Positions 63,531-64,000 of a DNA stretch of 64,000 bases are shown here, in pieces. The translations under genes and the position numbers were made by a program. Every line of letters begins with the position of its first letter. Within the stretch, counting starts at the first letter, position 1. The notes under the pieces were generated by a model that saw only the letters and a program-made list of their open reading frames with translations, made no database searches and had not been told where the DNA came from. This DNA comes from Monocercomonoides exilis PA203 (taxonomy: Eukaryota; Protista; Preaxostyla): assembly GCA_001643675.2 (NCBI GenBank), contig LSRY02000024.1:1178001-1242000 (forward strand), read 5' to 3'.

Positions 63531-64000
63531 TGCCACAGTTTGTGAGCTCCCCGAACAGTAAAACTTCTCAGGCATTTCCAATATCTTCTTCTTCTCCTTT
63601 TTCTTCTGTTGATGCTTCAAATTTGAGGTCATCAAAAACAAACATCTTCAAAAGTTTTCTGTTAATTTGATTGACTTTACAGTTGTTACGTATTTCTCAT
63701 TATGACTGGATTTAAGAGGAGAAGTGGCAAAGACAGATGAACAGAAATGTGAAATATGTATGGCTGGTTATATGAGCATTTTTTCGGAGTTGTTTTGTAT
63801 GATTTTCGTAATTTTTTTTTATATATTTGTACTGAAGGGTCAGAATATATTTTTTTTCTAATTAGTAATTTTGTGCTTTCATGAAACAACTTAAATATTT
63901 GTTGTTTTCACTTTTCTTCTCCCTCTTCTTCTTTCTCATCCATGAATTTTTTTGACTCATTTCAGAATTCACAATTTCACTATCTCATCTTCTGAGTGAC

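Overview
AT-rich eukaryotic DNA with the standard genetic code, short GT-AG introns (donors mostly GT[T/G]TG[T/A]) and proteins swollen with poly-Ser and Glu/Lys tracts. This style is most consistent with an oxymonad such as Monocercomonoides (inference from composition only). Family assignments are from recalled motifs; no database search was run. Left to right: (1) the end of a Merlin/IS1595-type DNA transposon with an interrupted transposase (1-599, minus); (2) a 3-exon UBR4/BIG/Pushover-family E3 ligase gene (875-40330, about 13,076 aa, with one 31.5 kb exon); (3) a possible, very decayed Merlin relic (~41.9-42.6 kb); (4) a divergent pair of low-complexity/coiled-coil genes (43.6-47.3 kb); (5) a 58-nt poly-T; (6) a minus-strand pseudogene of an AbpF-like protein containing an exact 76-codon ubiquitin-like domain (50.2-54.1 kb); (7) the most unusual locus, an apparently intact 5-exon gene (56775-60747, about 1,236 aa). 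It encodes a Sola-like DDD transposase with a catalytically complete USP/peptidase-C19 deubiquitinase domain inserted inside it. A ~250-nt, GC-rich, multi-stem foldback element that looks like a structured RNA begins 37 nt after its stop. The rest is AT-rich spacer and decayed gene fragments.
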